Source of the DNA: a virus
Lineage: Duplodnaviria > Caudoviricetes
IMG/VR virus record: IMGVR_UViG_3300044825_002458
Span: 1 to 60,740 of that record
Length of the DNA: 60,740 bases
Strand: one strand, 5' to 3'
The first letter of the stretch is position 1, and each line of letters opens with the position of its first letter. A program made the translations under genes and the position numbers. Shown one piece after another: positions 1 to 9,659 of the stretch. Under the pieces are notes generated by a model, which was given only the letters and a program-made list of their open reading frames with translations, had not been told where the DNA came from and ran no database searches.

Positions 1-172
1 TGCCGGGTGTTGCGGGTAGCCCGGGTAGGACCACGATTAACACGACATCATCAACCGGCACTGGTGGTTCGCCAGGTCCGTGGATTCGGCATCCAAGCTC
101 GGTATCACTTGTGTACTCACTACAGGGACTTGGGGCAGTTGCCGGCGGTATCGAGGTGTACTAATGAAGCTC
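1..172 (+). repeat. Terminal direct repeat (circular assembly overlap), copy 1
   Basis: Identical to 60569..60740 except A45 vs G60613; the gene ending at 60732 continues into the ATG at 164. Confidence 0.95.
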
Positions 173-1252
173 ACAATCTGCGACGGTGCTAAGTCACTGC
201 TAGACTTCAACACTTACCGTATCGCAAAGCTGTGGAAGATTACTCGTAGAGACGGCTGGGTTCGCCGATACACCAGTCACAATCGAGCAATCGAGTTCAT
301 GGGTGAGGCGTTCTACCCCACTAAAGGTGCCGCGGGATCCGCCTCTCATCGCGAGACAGGGTTCAAAGGTCAAAACTTCGAAGCCATCGGCGTCATCAGT
401 GACGATGATATTACCGCTGAAGACCTGGCGAATAACAAGTTCGACGGTGCTCGGGTGTACCAGTGGCTGGTTGACTGGAAGTTCCCGTTCTTTGGTTACT
501 TCAATTACGCAGTGATGGTCATAAAAGATCATGACTTCGATGGGTCATCTTGGAAAGCCCAAGTAGAAGGCCCCGCTGCATGGCTAGAGCAAAGCATCGG
601 TGACGTCTATGACCCAACTTGCCGCCGTAGGTATGGAAAAGTTGGCTGTAATCGAATCATCGACACTGACTCGGCGGCTACTCGTAGTCAACAGCTCTAT
701 GATGCCAATGGTACTCCAACCACAATGGGGTCAATCAATGGTCATCCACAAGAAATCCTGAACGAAGCTAATCAATTGATGGGCTGGAAGGACAGGTGGA
801 TGAAGGTCACCGGCGTTCGAGTGGCCACACCGCCAATTGGTGAAACCAATTCGGACGTATCATTCTACCTCAATACCTCAGACATTGCCAACGACTACGC
901 TTCGAACGATCCCTCTGCAATTTCAGCGGGCACGGTTGACTTGTTCGACCTCCAAACCGAAGGTGGATGGTTTACTTACGGTACACTGAAGTTCGACACA
1001 GGGGCTCTAGCTTCTACATTGATCCACGAGATTCACTTGTATGAGCAACCGTATACTTCACCGTATATCAAAGTAACGCTTAGAGTCCCGCAACTTACAG
1101 CACCGAACGTCGGCGATACCGTTACTTTGATTACAGGCTGCAACCGGTCAATGGATCATTGTAGGCTCAAGAATGGTAATCAGAAGTTCTTTGGCGGGTT
1201 CATCTTCATACCAGGCCCCGACGCTATCTACCAGAGACCTGGTTCCATCTAG
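164..1252 (+). CDS. GTA-like baseplate hub protein (DUF2163/BR0599 family)
   Basis: LWKITRRDG..YTSHNRAI N-terminus, CRRRYG..GC and GCNRS..HCR..N.KFFGGF.FIPG C-terminus; ATG at 164 overlaps the previous stop (TAATG). Confidence 0.85.
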   Translation: MKLTICDGAKSLLDFNTYRIAKLWKITRRDGWVRRYTSHNRAIEFMGEAFYPTKGAAGSASHRETGFKGQNFEAIGVISDDDITAEDLANNKFDGARVYQWLVDWKFPFFGYFNYAVMVIKDHDFDGSSWKAQVEGPAAWLEQSIGDVYDPTCRRRYGKVGCNRIIDTDSAATRSQQLYDANGTPTTMGSINGHPQEILNEANQLMGWKDRWMKVTGVRVATPPIGETNSDVSFYLNTSDIANDYASNDPSAISAGTVDLFDLQTEGGWFTYGTLKFDTGALASTLIHEIHLYEQPYTSPYIKVTLRVPQLTAPNVGDTVTLITGCNRSMDHCRLKNGNQKFFGGFIFIPGPDAIYQRPGSI

Positions 1253-1709
1253 TGAGTTCGAAGTACCGCTCTCACTGAACGAGCAACGTCGAGTTGACTT
1301 GATACGGTATGTTGATACCGTCTTAGTTGGTAAGAAGTGGGTTCACCAGGGCCGTAACCCCGTATCGGGGTTCGACTGTATCGGATTCATCCTACTATGT
1401 TCATGGTACCTTGGCGAACGTACCAAAGACTTTACCGCGTATGGCGAAGAGCCCAAGTCGTCGCTACTTGTAGCTAACACCCAGGAAAGAGCGGTAAGAA
1501 TTTCGCTGAGCCAGTCCATACCAGGTGATTTCTTCATTTTCTGGGTCAATGAAAATACCCGACGTCCTCGACACTTTGGCATGCTCGGTTATAATCGTGC
1601 CGTGTACCACTCAGATCGACGACTCGGCGGCCTAGCTAAGGACCTAAATTCCGAGCAGCTGAATAGGGTCGATTCGGTTTGGCGATTCAAGTCGCTTTCA
1701 ATGGACTAG
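1173..1709 (+). CDS. NlpC/P60 tail-tip peptidase
   Basis: WVHQGR...GFDCIG, PGD, HFGM and YHSD catalytic motifs; lies between hub and megatron; true start uncertain. Confidence 0.85.
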   Translation: MVIRSSLAGSSSYQAPTLSTRDLVPSSEFEVPLSLNEQRRVDLIRYVDTVLVGKKWVHQGRNPVSGFDCIGFILLCSWYLGERTKDFTAYGEEPKSSLLVANTQERAVRISLSQSIPGDFFIFWVNENTRRPRHFGMLGYNRAVYHSDRRLGGLAKDLNSEQLNRVDSVWRFKSLSMD

Positions 1710-1715
1710 GTAGGT

Positions 1716-4700
1716 ATGGCAACTATCGCCTTAGGAATAGTCGGCGGATACCTAGGTGGGCCGTATGGGTCGCAGATCGGTATGGCAGTGGGGGCCTATA
1801 TCGATGCCCAGTACCTATTTCCATTGATGAACTCCACCGACCATCCGCCGTCCGTCAATGACTTCGGATTGTCGGGCCTATCGCCGGGTTCTCCCATCAT
1901 CATTGCGATAGGCGGTAAGTGTAGGTTCCCCGGTCAGTACATCTGGACAAGCGAAGTACGCGAACTTGAGTCATCACAGGGCGGAAAGCACGGTGGTGGC
2001 CAGCAAGCGTATATGTGGGACTACAATGTGGATATCGCAGTCTCACTCGGTGACGGTCCGTACTTTGTTGGTACACTTAACTCGGACGATGGGCTTCAAA
2101 AAGTACTAGCCGATAATCAAGTCATCTATGACACTAGCCCCCCGCCAGTAGCCGCGAGCAATGACTTTGAACTCGAGTCGTATGCTCAAGTGTGGATTGA
2201 CCCAACCACCGGGCAAACTCGTGTCACTATCAAAGTCCTAGTGATCCATGAGGGAACTAGTGGAATCGACTTGTCAGTATTCCGAGTAGGAGCTCAAGTT
2301 GGTACAGTTCAGATGGGCTCAGGTGTCACTGGCTCACCGTCGTATCAATACAACAACAGCCCAAGCTTTCCGCTGGTTGTCTTGAGCGCGGGTAAAACTC
2401 ACCCGGTAACTGGGAAGAGCTTCCTCAAGCTTCGTGGTGATACGTATACTTCAGTAGCGTTCGAGAGCACTCCCGCGTATGGGGGCGTCGCCGTTCTCGG
2501 CGGTCCACTCACTGAAGCCAGTGTATTCTACTGGGACCCCCAGGTATTCTCCACCTCATCATTCGCAAGTCTGACGTTCTACCCTGGCGAAGGCCTCGAG
2601 GCGTATAATCCCGCGCGGCAACCGATAGATGGTACCATCTTCGCAGAGATCAACGAAGGTCAGTCTATTGGTCATGCATTTGCAGGCCTAGCGTACTTCA
2701 AGATCCTCAATCTCAATCTGAATCCCTATGGCAATCGATTCCCGATGTTCGAGGTGATTGCCAAGCAACAGGTACACTCATATCAATCGGCTCTCGCGTA
2801 TGTCTTTAATCGCGGCGGCATGTTGGACAGTCAGTACGACGTTAGTAAAGTAGACCCATACTTAATGGGCGGATACATCATTAGGGGACCGATGGCTATT
2901 CGAGAGGCTCTTCAGCCACTAGCGGTAGCCATGGACATCCTCGGTCAGGAAGACGAAGACCGGATTCGACTGTTCAATCGCACTAACGCGGAAGTGGTGG
3001 TAATCGACGACGAGGATATCGGCACTGCACCGCCGGGCGAGCAGTCAGCATTTCCGGTTAAGTTCACCAACGTCAACAGTTCAAAGAAGGCTAGTCAGTT
3101 TGTTGTCAGCTTCAATGACATCGACAATGACTGCCAGCCTAATTCGGTAAGGGCCATTCGAGTCGATGTTGACCCTCTGCAACAACTTGTAAACCAGATC
3201 ACCCTACCGATCTCGATGACTGTTCTTGAAGCCCAGCTTATTGCTGACAGGTTGCTATGGCAAAGCAATCAGCAGGCTAAGCGGTTTCAGATGCAGTTGC
3301 CGTTCAAGTACATTATCGTAGGCGAGAACACCAAGATCCAATTCAACGCATTCGGTAAGACGTGGGTTGGGTTGGTTCAAACCGCCGAGCTCTCCGCTAC
3401 TTCGGGCTGTATCCAGGTTGAGGGCTTTATCGATCACCAGATTGAGTTCACGGCTCAGTCATCCAACTACTCCGAGAGGTCTGGTAACGTCGATAGGCCA
3501 AGTCCACTTAGTAACCCGCTCATTACCGGCATTGTCGATGTAGCGGGCCTGTTCGAGGAGGACCTGGATATCCCGGGTGTGTACTTGCCCACTACTCAGT
3601 CACACCCCGGATCACTCGGCGGTTCGGGGGCAACTGGCGGCGTCCTGTTCTATAGTGAGCATGATGCAGAGGACTATCGCCAAGTAAAGGTACTTCCCCA
3701 GAATGCCCGGATCGGTCGAACGACCGATGTTCTCGCTCCTGGTCCTATTGGTATCTGGGACACTACTTCAACCGTGAACATCGTTCTCGAGGGTGATGCG
3801 ACGCTGGAGAACAGAACTGAGGACGAGGTGCTCAATGGCGCTAATCATGGAGTTATTGGCGGCGAGGTAATCGCGTGGCAACACGCCACACTGGAGAGTG
3901 ATGGGTCATGGACACTGAGCCAACTACTTAGAGGCTTACGAGATACTGATGATGCGATAGCTCTTCACGCAGTGAATGACGGCTTTTACCAAGTCGATCG
4001 GAACACAAGGAACTTTGTCCCGCTCCATCGCGCGAACTTGGTCAATAAGACCATCGACTTCAAGTTTGTACCCACTCGAGGGCTGGTCGATGATGCTCAA
4101 GTAGTTACTGTAACCGTAAGAAGTCAAAACGCCAAGCCGTTTAAGCCCACATCTCTTACAGTCTCACCCGCTACTAATGGGTGGCTGATCGGTTGGGAAC
4201 CAGTAACCAGGGTCTTCTACGACATGTTCGGCGAGCAGTTGTGGACTGACTTGGAGACTAGCGAAGAATACAGGCTCGAGCTATTTGCTGACGGTTCTAA
4301 CGTACTGACCGATATCCCCGCCCTAACAATATCCGCTAGATCTACTGAGCACAATCTCACTAATGCTGAGGTTGAGTCTGCCTTTACTTCGATACCGACA
4401 TCTTTCATTGTATCGGTAAGGCAGCTTGGTCGAGCGGGTGTCTCAAAGCCTGCTTACACAGATGTAGCTGGTAGTAGCGGCGGAACTAGCACTGTCGACC
4501 CGTTCGAAAGCACATTGGTGACCGTGCCGCTCGCTAATGAGTTCAGCACCACCAGCGAAACCCCCGTTAACGTAACGGGGTTGGAATTCACACCCCAACC
4601 GGGTAGCACATACCTTGTAGAGGTGTACTTGATTATTCGATCGGAAGAGCCGATTGTTACAACGCTACCGGGGATCGTCATCCCGACTGAGATGACGCCA

Positions 4701-4736
4701 TCCGGACACTGGATGCAGGTCTTCGACAACAACTAG
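1716..4736 (+). CDS. GTA-like tail tip/megatron (central fibre) protein
   Basis: MATIALG..GG..GGP.G..IG..VGAYID N-terminus, AFAGLAY..NL.PYGNRFP motif, VLNGAN...IGGEVI..LSQLLRGLRDT motif. Confidence 0.85.
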   Translation: MATIALGIVGGYLGGPYGSQIGMAVGAYIDAQYLFPLMNSTDHPPSVNDFGLSGLSPGSPIIIAIGGKCRFPGQYIWTSEVRELESSQGGKHGGGQQAYMWDYNVDIAVSLGDGPYFVGTLNSDDGLQKVLADNQVIYDTSPPPVAASNDFELESYAQVWIDPTTGQTRVTIKVLVIHEGTSGIDLSVFRVGAQVGTVQMGSGVTGSPSYQYNNSPSFPLVVLSAGKTHPVTGKSFLKLRGDTYTSVAFESTPAYGGVAVLGGPLTEASVFYWDPQVFSTSSFASLTFYPGEGLEAYNPARQPIDGTIFAEINEGQSIGHAFAGLAYFKILNLNLNPYGNRFPMFEVIAKQQVHSYQSALAYVFNRGGMLDSQYDVSKVDPYLMGGYIIRGPMAIREALQPLAVAMDILGQEDEDRIRLFNRTNAEVVVIDDEDIGTAPPGEQSAFPVKFTNVNSSKKASQFVVSFNDIDNDCQPNSVRAIRVDVDPLQQLVNQITLPISMTVLEAQLIADRLLWQSNQQAKRFQMQLPFKYIIVGENTKIQFNAFGKTWVGLVQTAELSATSGCIQVEGFIDHQIEFTAQSSNYSERSGNVDRPSPLSNPLITGIVDVAGLFEEDLDIPGVYLPTTQSHPGSLGGSGATGGVLFYSEHDAEDYRQVKVLPQNARIGRTTDVLAPGPIGIWDTTSTVNIVLEGDATLENRTEDEVLNGANHGVIGGEVIAWQHATLESDGSWTLSQLLRGLRDTDDAIALHAVNDGFYQVDRNTRNFVPLHRANLVNKTIDFKFVPTRGLVDDAQVVTVTVRSQNAKPFKPTSLTVSPATNGWLIGWEPVTRVFYDMFGEQLWTDLETSEEYRLELFADGSNVLTDIPALTISARSTEHNLTNAEVESAFTSIPTSFIVSVRQLGRAGVSKPAYTDVAGSSGGTSTVDPFESTLVTVPLANEFSTTSETPVNVTGLEFTPQPGSTYLVEVYLIIRSEEPIVTTLPGIVIPTEMTPSGHWMQVFDNN

Positions 4737-4752
4737 AAACGAGGTAACTCAC

Positions 4753-5178
4753 ATGGCAGCAGGAGCTTGGACTTTCACGAATGCGGGCCGCACGGCCCTT
4801 CTCGATGGTACGTTTGACCTGAACAGCGACACCTTCAAGTGCGCGCTGTTTCTCAGCACGTCTAACATCGGCTCGGGCAGCACGACCTATGCCGGTTTGA
4901 CGAACGAACATGCGAACGCGAACGGCTACACCACGGGCGGCATCGGGGTCACGCTGACGCTCTCGGGTACGACCGCTGTTACGGTGGACATCTCCACCGA
5001 CCCGGTGTGGACCGCATCGGGTGGCAGCATCACGGCTCGGTACGCTGTCATCTACGAGGTGGGAGGCAACGTTCTGTGCTACTGTCTGTTGGACAACACT
5101 CCGGCGGACGTCACTGCAACGAACACCAACACGCTCACCGTCGCAGCGAACGCTTCCGGCGTTTTCACACTGTCCTAG
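4753..5178 (+). CDS. Virion structural protein (DTFKCAL-type small tail/fibre-associated family)
   Basis: G.FDLNSDTFK.AL...NE.ANANGYTTGG....WTASGGSITARYAVIY motif is common in phage virion genes; SD-like GAGGT upstream. Confidence 0.6.
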   Translation: MAAGAWTFTNAGRTALLDGTFDLNSDTFKCALFLSTSNIGSGSTTYAGLTNEHANANGYTTGGIGVTLTLSGTTAVTVDISTDPVWTASGGSITARYAVIYEVGGNVLCYCLLDNTPADVTATNTNTLTVAANASGVFTLS

Positions 5179-5196
5179 TAGCAGCGGGAGCCGGTC

Positions 5197-6462
5197 ATGG
5201 CAATCACCTTCTTCGGAGCTGCATCTGTTCCCGCTGACGGCGCAGCAACGACCAACGCGACAACCACTATCACGTTGACCCCACCTGCCTCGATGCAGGA
5301 CGGGGATTTGGTGATTGTCTCTCTCCTGCAGAGGGGCACTGCCACATTCTCAGTCGGCGTCGCCGGTGGACAGAGTTGGAACTCCGTCGGTAGGTCTACT
5401 GACACTAACATCGCGACTGAGACCTACTGGTGCAGGTTCAATGGGACCTGGGGAGCAAATCCGAGGTTTGACTTCTCTGCGGGAACGTGTACTAGCGCGG
5501 TGATGCACGTCTTCCGCCCGAGCACATCCACGAATCTCTGGAAGGTCGACGTAAATGCCGATCAAGCGGCATTCAGCGCATCCACTTCGGCTCGGACGAT
5601 CACTGGTCAAACGACAACGATGCCCAGCACCGTCTCGTATGCGAGATGGGTGACCGCCGACGATAATACCTGGGGTTCGTTGACTGGAACTGGCTGGTCG
5701 GTTGCGGGCGACGCGCAGTATCGGAATACTTCGGGCAGCGACCAATCGTTGTCGATGGCTTACTTCATCGGCACATCAGCAGGCGCTACCGGAAACGTGA
5801 GCAAGACTGAGTTGACACTCGGCGGAGATGCCGGTGTGTCTCTCATAATGTCTTTCGGCGAATACGTAGATACTACCGTAACGCCGGACACGATCGACAT
5901 TGGGCTTACTACGTATGCTCCAACAGTCTCGACTACTTCTAACGCCTTAGTCGTTCCTGACGCCGTCGACCTGGGCACTACGGGCTACTCCCCGACTGTA
6001 ACCGCGACCGATCACAAGGTAGTAACACCTAACGCCGTAGATCTTGGGATCACGCCGTATGCTCCGACAGTCTCAACTCCAGCAGGCGATAGCAAAGTAG
6101 TTACTCCGGATACAATCGATCTGGGTATTACTCCTTTTGCCCCAGCGGTATCAACATCCGACCACAAGACGGTAATTCCAGACCCCGCAGCGTTGACGAT
6201 CGCTGCCTATGCCCCGACCGTATTGGCATCCGGCAATATCGTCGTTACGCCGGGTACTGCATCACTAACTATTTCGACGTTCGCGCCGTCGGTAGGCGGC
6301 ACTGATCTCCTAAGGTATATGGCTATAGGCGGTTGTGTTTTAGTAACCGGCCTATCGCCGACTGGTCAAGTTCAGGTCACAGTAGCTTCGGAGGCGGCTG
6401 GGACCATCATGTCTGTACTACCCGGATCTTTCATTCGATATCGTCGAATGAGTCAGCCATAG
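5197..6462 (+). CDS. Tail fibre/adhesin-like protein with ~26-aa tandem repeats
   Basis: Thr/Ser/Gly-rich beta domain followed by ~6 V(V/T)P(D/N)xxDLGxTxYAPTV repeats. Confidence 0.6.
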   Translation: MAITFFGAASVPADGAATTNATTTITLTPPASMQDGDLVIVSLLQRGTATFSVGVAGGQSWNSVGRSTDTNIATETYWCRFNGTWGANPRFDFSAGTCTSAVMHVFRPSTSTNLWKVDVNADQAAFSASTSARTITGQTTTMPSTVSYARWVTADDNTWGSLTGTGWSVAGDAQYRNTSGSDQSLSMAYFIGTSAGATGNVSKTELTLGGDAGVSLIMSFGEYVDTTVTPDTIDIGLTTYAPTVSTTSNALVVPDAVDLGTTGYSPTVTATDHKVVTPNAVDLGITPYAPTVSTPAGDSKVVTPDTIDLGITPFAPAVSTSDHKTVIPDPAALTIAAYAPTVLASGNIVVTPGTASLTISTFAPSVGGTDLLRYMAIGGCVLVTGLSPTGQVQVTVASEAAGTIMSVLPGSFIRYRRMSQP

Positions 6463-6469
6463 GTAAAGC

Positions 6470-6952
6470 ATGTCCGACCCCCAAACTTTTCTCCCCCGTC
6501 AAGAATTCGCGGCCTTTCAGCAAACGGTTCAGCGGTCATTCGACGACGTTCACCAGGAGTTCGCCGCCTCTAGGGCCGAATGGAAACGCGACTTCGGAAC
6601 ACTGGCCCAAAAGATCGACTCTCTTACGACGCGGGGGACCGATTGGAAGGCCATTTTCTCCGCAATGAGCGTCGCGGTATCAATCATTGGCGCAGTGGGC
6701 GGGGTGGTCGCGTTCGCCATCTTCGCACGAGTAGACGCCGCCGACCTACTTGCACGTGAACGGGACAATACTCAAGCCGAGCGCCTCATCTCGATCTCCA
6801 GGAGGGCAGATGAGCTTGAGTCCACAATGCGCCGGAGTTGGACAAAGGAAGACCACGTTACTTTCACCCAAAAAGAGCTCGACAAGCAAGACCGCTTGTT
6901 AGAAGAGCTTAGGGCTAGGCTTCGAGCGGTCGAAACCGGAGAAAAGAAATGA
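6470..6952 (+). CDS. Single-TM coiled-coil membrane protein (possible lysis protein)
   Basis: One hydrophobic segment (AIFSAMSVAVSIIGAVGGVVAFAIF) flanked by coiled coils. Confidence 0.5.
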   Translation: MSDPQTFLPRQEFAAFQQTVQRSFDDVHQEFAASRAEWKRDFGTLAQKIDSLTTRGTDWKAIFSAMSVAVSIIGAVGGVVAFAIFARVDAADLLARERDNTQAERLISISRRADELESTMRRSWTKEDHVTFTQKELDKQDRLLEELRARLRAVETGEKK

Positions 6953-7614
6953 CTACCACATCAAAGCTTGGATTCAGTCGGTTAGTTGATGGTGCTCGAC
7001 ACAACTTGATCCGGGTCAATGAAGCGCTTGAGCTCATTGATGCGTTAATCGGGTGTCGGATTGCCACTGCGGAACTAACCGACGCGCCTCCTTCGTCACC
7101 CGCTAGTGGAGACGCGTACATCGTTGGAGCCTCGCCAACTGGCTTGTGGGCCGACGCCACAGAAGGTCATCTTGCAGTGTGGGTGACCACTCGTTGGATG
7201 TTCATTGACCTTGACACCGCGGGCCTTGCAACGTTGATTGATACCAATGACGGTAAGATCAAGATCAAGGAACCAGGTGAAGCCAACCTGGTGAGCGTCA
7301 TCCCCGACTACTCAATCGGCACGGCTCAATGGACGGGCCAGTTCACCAGCGACGGCCGAAAAATCTACCGTCAGAAGTTCACATTCTCGGGGTTCACCGA
7401 TCCCGGCGAAGAGGTCATCGAGCATTCACTGGCCCTTGATCTGAGCGAGACGTATGTCGAGCACATGCAAATCCTAACGGCCTCTTCGGTGAAGTCGACG
7501 TTCGGCAATGGCTTCTCGGTATACGTGGACTCCGCGTATGTGGGGCTGACTTCAACAGATACCCCATTGGATCACACGTTTCATGTCTGGATTCGATACG
7601 CATTGACAGCGTAG
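6949..7614 (+). CDS. DUF2793-family tail-associated protein
   Basis: VNEAL..IDAL...PPSSP.SGDAYIVGASPTGLWA...GHLAVW...W.F motif. Confidence 0.8.
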   Translation: MTTTSKLGFSRLVDGARHNLIRVNEALELIDALIGCRIATAELTDAPPSSPASGDAYIVGASPTGLWADATEGHLAVWVTTRWMFIDLDTAGLATLIDTNDGKIKIKEPGEANLVSVIPDYSIGTAQWTGQFTSDGRKIYRQKFTFSGFTDPGEEVIEHSLALDLSETYVEHMQILTASSVKSTFGNGFSVYVDSAYVGLTSTDTPLDHTFHVWIRYALTA

Positions 7615-7706
7615 GAACGTGCCAAGAGCATGCCAGCACGTCGCGTGTTGCGTTTCTCATTCTAGAACGACTAGAATGACTAGTGCGTCATTCTCAGCGT
7701 CTAGAA

Positions 7707-8108
7707 TCAGCTGCCAAGCGCTTTGATTGAGACGCCCAGCGCTCGAAGCTCTTCCACCGCAGCGGGGTTTTGACATACTACCCGCATAGCGGACTCAAGG
7801 AGATCCAGTTTCTCGTCAGCCGCCTTAAGCTGTCTCTTCAAGTCAATGACTTGGTTAGTCAAGATAGTATTCTGAGCCTTGACGCACTTGTCCGACTTGT
7901 TAACCAAGGCTTCTTTGAGCTTGTCGGCCAGCTTCTCAACCTTTAGCTCGAGCCCTCTATTGGCCGATTGAGTGTTGTGTAGGGCCGCGTGAGACTCAAG
8001 CAATGCCTCGAGTACCGGAATCTCAACCTCTACGAATCGACTCCCTCGAGCTTTTGACTTTGAGCAAGCGGCGTGCAGCTTTGCTCGTTCTAGCCATGAT
8101 TTAGTCAC
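7707..8108 (-). CDS. Hypothetical coiled-coil protein
   Basis: GTG start after GGAGG, overlapping the upstream stop. Confidence 0.6.
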   Translation of the reverse strand: MTKSWLERAKLHAACSKSKARGSRFVEVEIPVLEALLESHAALHNTQSANRGLELKVEKLADKLKEALVNKSDKCVKAQNTILTNQVIDLKRQLKAADEKLDLLESAMRVVCQNPAAVEELRALGVSIKALGS

Positions 8109-8641
8109 GGCGTTACCTCCCCGAGCTTCGCGAAGGCGTCTTCCAGCGCACTGTAGCCGCAGGTGCATCCACGCCAGTGCTGCGTTGCCTCGCAGACGTC
8201 GGTGTGCCCGTCGAGATCGAGGGCAGCCCGCGCGATCGCCACGAGGGCTTCGTAAGTCTCGATCTCCACCGGGATCACTCTCTCTTTCGGATACCAGTGG
8301 CGCATGTTTCGAGCCGCGACGGAAAGTTCGTCGAGCACCTTGATGGGGTCGGTCACAGTGTCCCCCCCTTGGCCGACTTCATGCATCGGGCGGTAGTCGG
8401 CGATCCAGCCAAGATCGGAAACCCGGTTGCGATCAGGTACAATGCCGAGCCTCCTGTGCGGTTGTTTCGACAGCCAATCCGTGAACGGGATGCTGAGGGT
8501 GCGATAACCGGGCTGGTTCTTCCAGATTGAGAAACCCCATATGTTCTTCGACCCGTCACGATGCGTGAGGATCTGGAACCAGTAAGGCCACACGGAACAG
8601 GCGTAGAAGCCATCGTCGAGCACCTTGGTGAGGTCCGCCAT
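8105..8641 (-). CDS. Hypothetical protein
   Basis: ORF in a tightly coupled - strand chain. Confidence 0.55.
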   Translation of the reverse strand: MADLTKVLDDGFYACSVWPYWFQILTHRDGSKNIWGFSIWKNQPGYRTLSIPFTDWLSKQPHRRLGIVPDRNRVSDLGWIADYRPMHEVGQGGDTVTDPIKVLDELSVAARNMRHWYPKERVIPVEIETYEALVAIARAALDLDGHTDVCEATQHWRGCTCGYSALEDAFAKLGEVTP

Positions 8642-8820
8642 TAGAAGAACCTCCAGTTAGCGAGCGGCGCGGTCATCACGGCCACGAGTCCGACAGGTCC
8701 GAGGACCAGCGTCGCCAACAACGCGACCCACCATGGCGTCAGGCACCACAGAACGACGACACCGGCGAGGCACAGGACGCCGAACGCCAAGTGCGCGAGC
8801 GGCAGCAGTAGGTCAGCCAT
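8641..8820 (-). CDS. Small two-TM membrane protein
   Basis: MADLLLPLAHLAFGVLCLAGVVV... hydrophobic; GGAG SD upstream. Confidence 0.55.
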   Translation of the reverse strand: MADLLLPLAHLAFGVLCLAGVVVLWCLTPWWVALLATLVLGPVGLVAVMTAPLANWRFF

Positions 8821-9028
8821 CGGTCGTCTCCTTCGCGTCTCTCGGGTCAACTGGGAAAGCCTTCTCGATCTCGTGCATCACGGCATCCAGAATCAGGTTC
8901 CTGAGTTTGTGCCTGTCGATGACGAGGCCACTCCACCGCGACCACTCACTCTGCCGCGCGTAGATGAGCTGGTCAATAGCGGTGAGGATGCTGCGCTCCA
9001 TGTCTGCGATGAGTCGTTGATTAGCCAT
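8813..9028 (-). CDS. Hypothetical protein
   Basis: Coupled ORF. Confidence 0.5.
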   Translation of the reverse strand: MANQRLIADMERSILTAIDQLIYARQSEWSRWSGLVIDRHKLRNLILDAVMHEIEKAFPVDPRDAKETTDG

Positions 9029-9161
9029 CGGTCGCCCCCACTGAGTTTCGCGGGGCGTTCCACGCTACGTGTGCCCATTCGGGCCAGTCCGTATTGCTCT
9101 CGCGGACCTCGCGGGTCATCCGGAACGCTTCGATCACTACTGGCTTCTTGCGGAACTTCAT
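9021..9161 (-). pseudogene. Truncated KFRKKPVVIEA-type (PGDYG-like) phage protein
   Basis: Typical MKFRKKPVVIEAF..PEW N-terminus after GGAGG, but stops at 46 aa without the usual TLEG/GDWII/YPCKPDIF C-terminal half. Confidence 0.5.
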
Positions 9162-9259
9162 CACTCCTCCTTCGCCGTTTCGATGGGAACTGTGTTGCAG
9201 GACGCTGGACTTGATGTCCTCGCTGGTGTTGGTAATCTTCGGTTCTTCTGAGTTACTGG

Positions 9260-9475
9260 TCACAGGTCATCTCCTTTGATTTCTCTTACGTGCTCTTGAG
9301 AACTGATTGGATTGGTAATGAGAGTATGGCCATTGTGCATAGCCCACCACGCGGTCTTCGCGATGAACTGCCTACCAAGGGAGTTTGTGAACTCAACCTT
9401 AGTCTGGCGGATCAACTCATTATGGGAGTTGTAGACCCTCAGCCTAACAAAGATTGGATTACGCTCCGACATTTG
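9260..9475 (-). CDS. Hypothetical protein
   Basis: MSERNP.. start after GGAGG; coupled ORF; start approximate. Confidence 0.5.
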   Translation of the reverse strand, partial: QMSERNPIFVRLRVYNSHNELIRQTKVEFTNSLGRQFIAKTAWWAMHNGHTLITNPISSQEHVREIKGDDL

Positions 9476-9659
9476 ACCTCCAGTACTCAATGACAATCGC
9501 AACGATTACCGCTGCGATCATGAACCCCATAGAAACTAGGTTGACCACATCCACAAAGTTCAACAGCTGATGCTTCCACATCAAGTAGAAGGCTCTACCG
9601 AGGGCCGAAACTGCAATCAGCCCGGCTACTACGGTGGTAATCAAAGTGGTGAGAGTCAC
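9459..9659 (-). CDS. Small two-TM membrane protein
   Basis: Two hydrophobic helices. Confidence 0.55.
   Translation of the reverse strand: MTLTTLITTVVAGLIAVSALGRAFYLMWKHQLLNFVDVVNLVSMGFMIAAVIVAIVIEYWRSNVGA

Noticed and set aside
1-172. Terminal repeat as a biological direct terminal repeat
   Set aside because: It falls mid-operon across a gene junction in the tail module, so it is more simply an assembly overlap of a circular or permuted genome
7650-7706. Intrinsic terminator at the convergence of tail and replication operons
   Set aside because: An AGAATGAC/GTCATTCT hairpin and repeated CTAGAA are present but there is no U-tract on either strand; too weak to call
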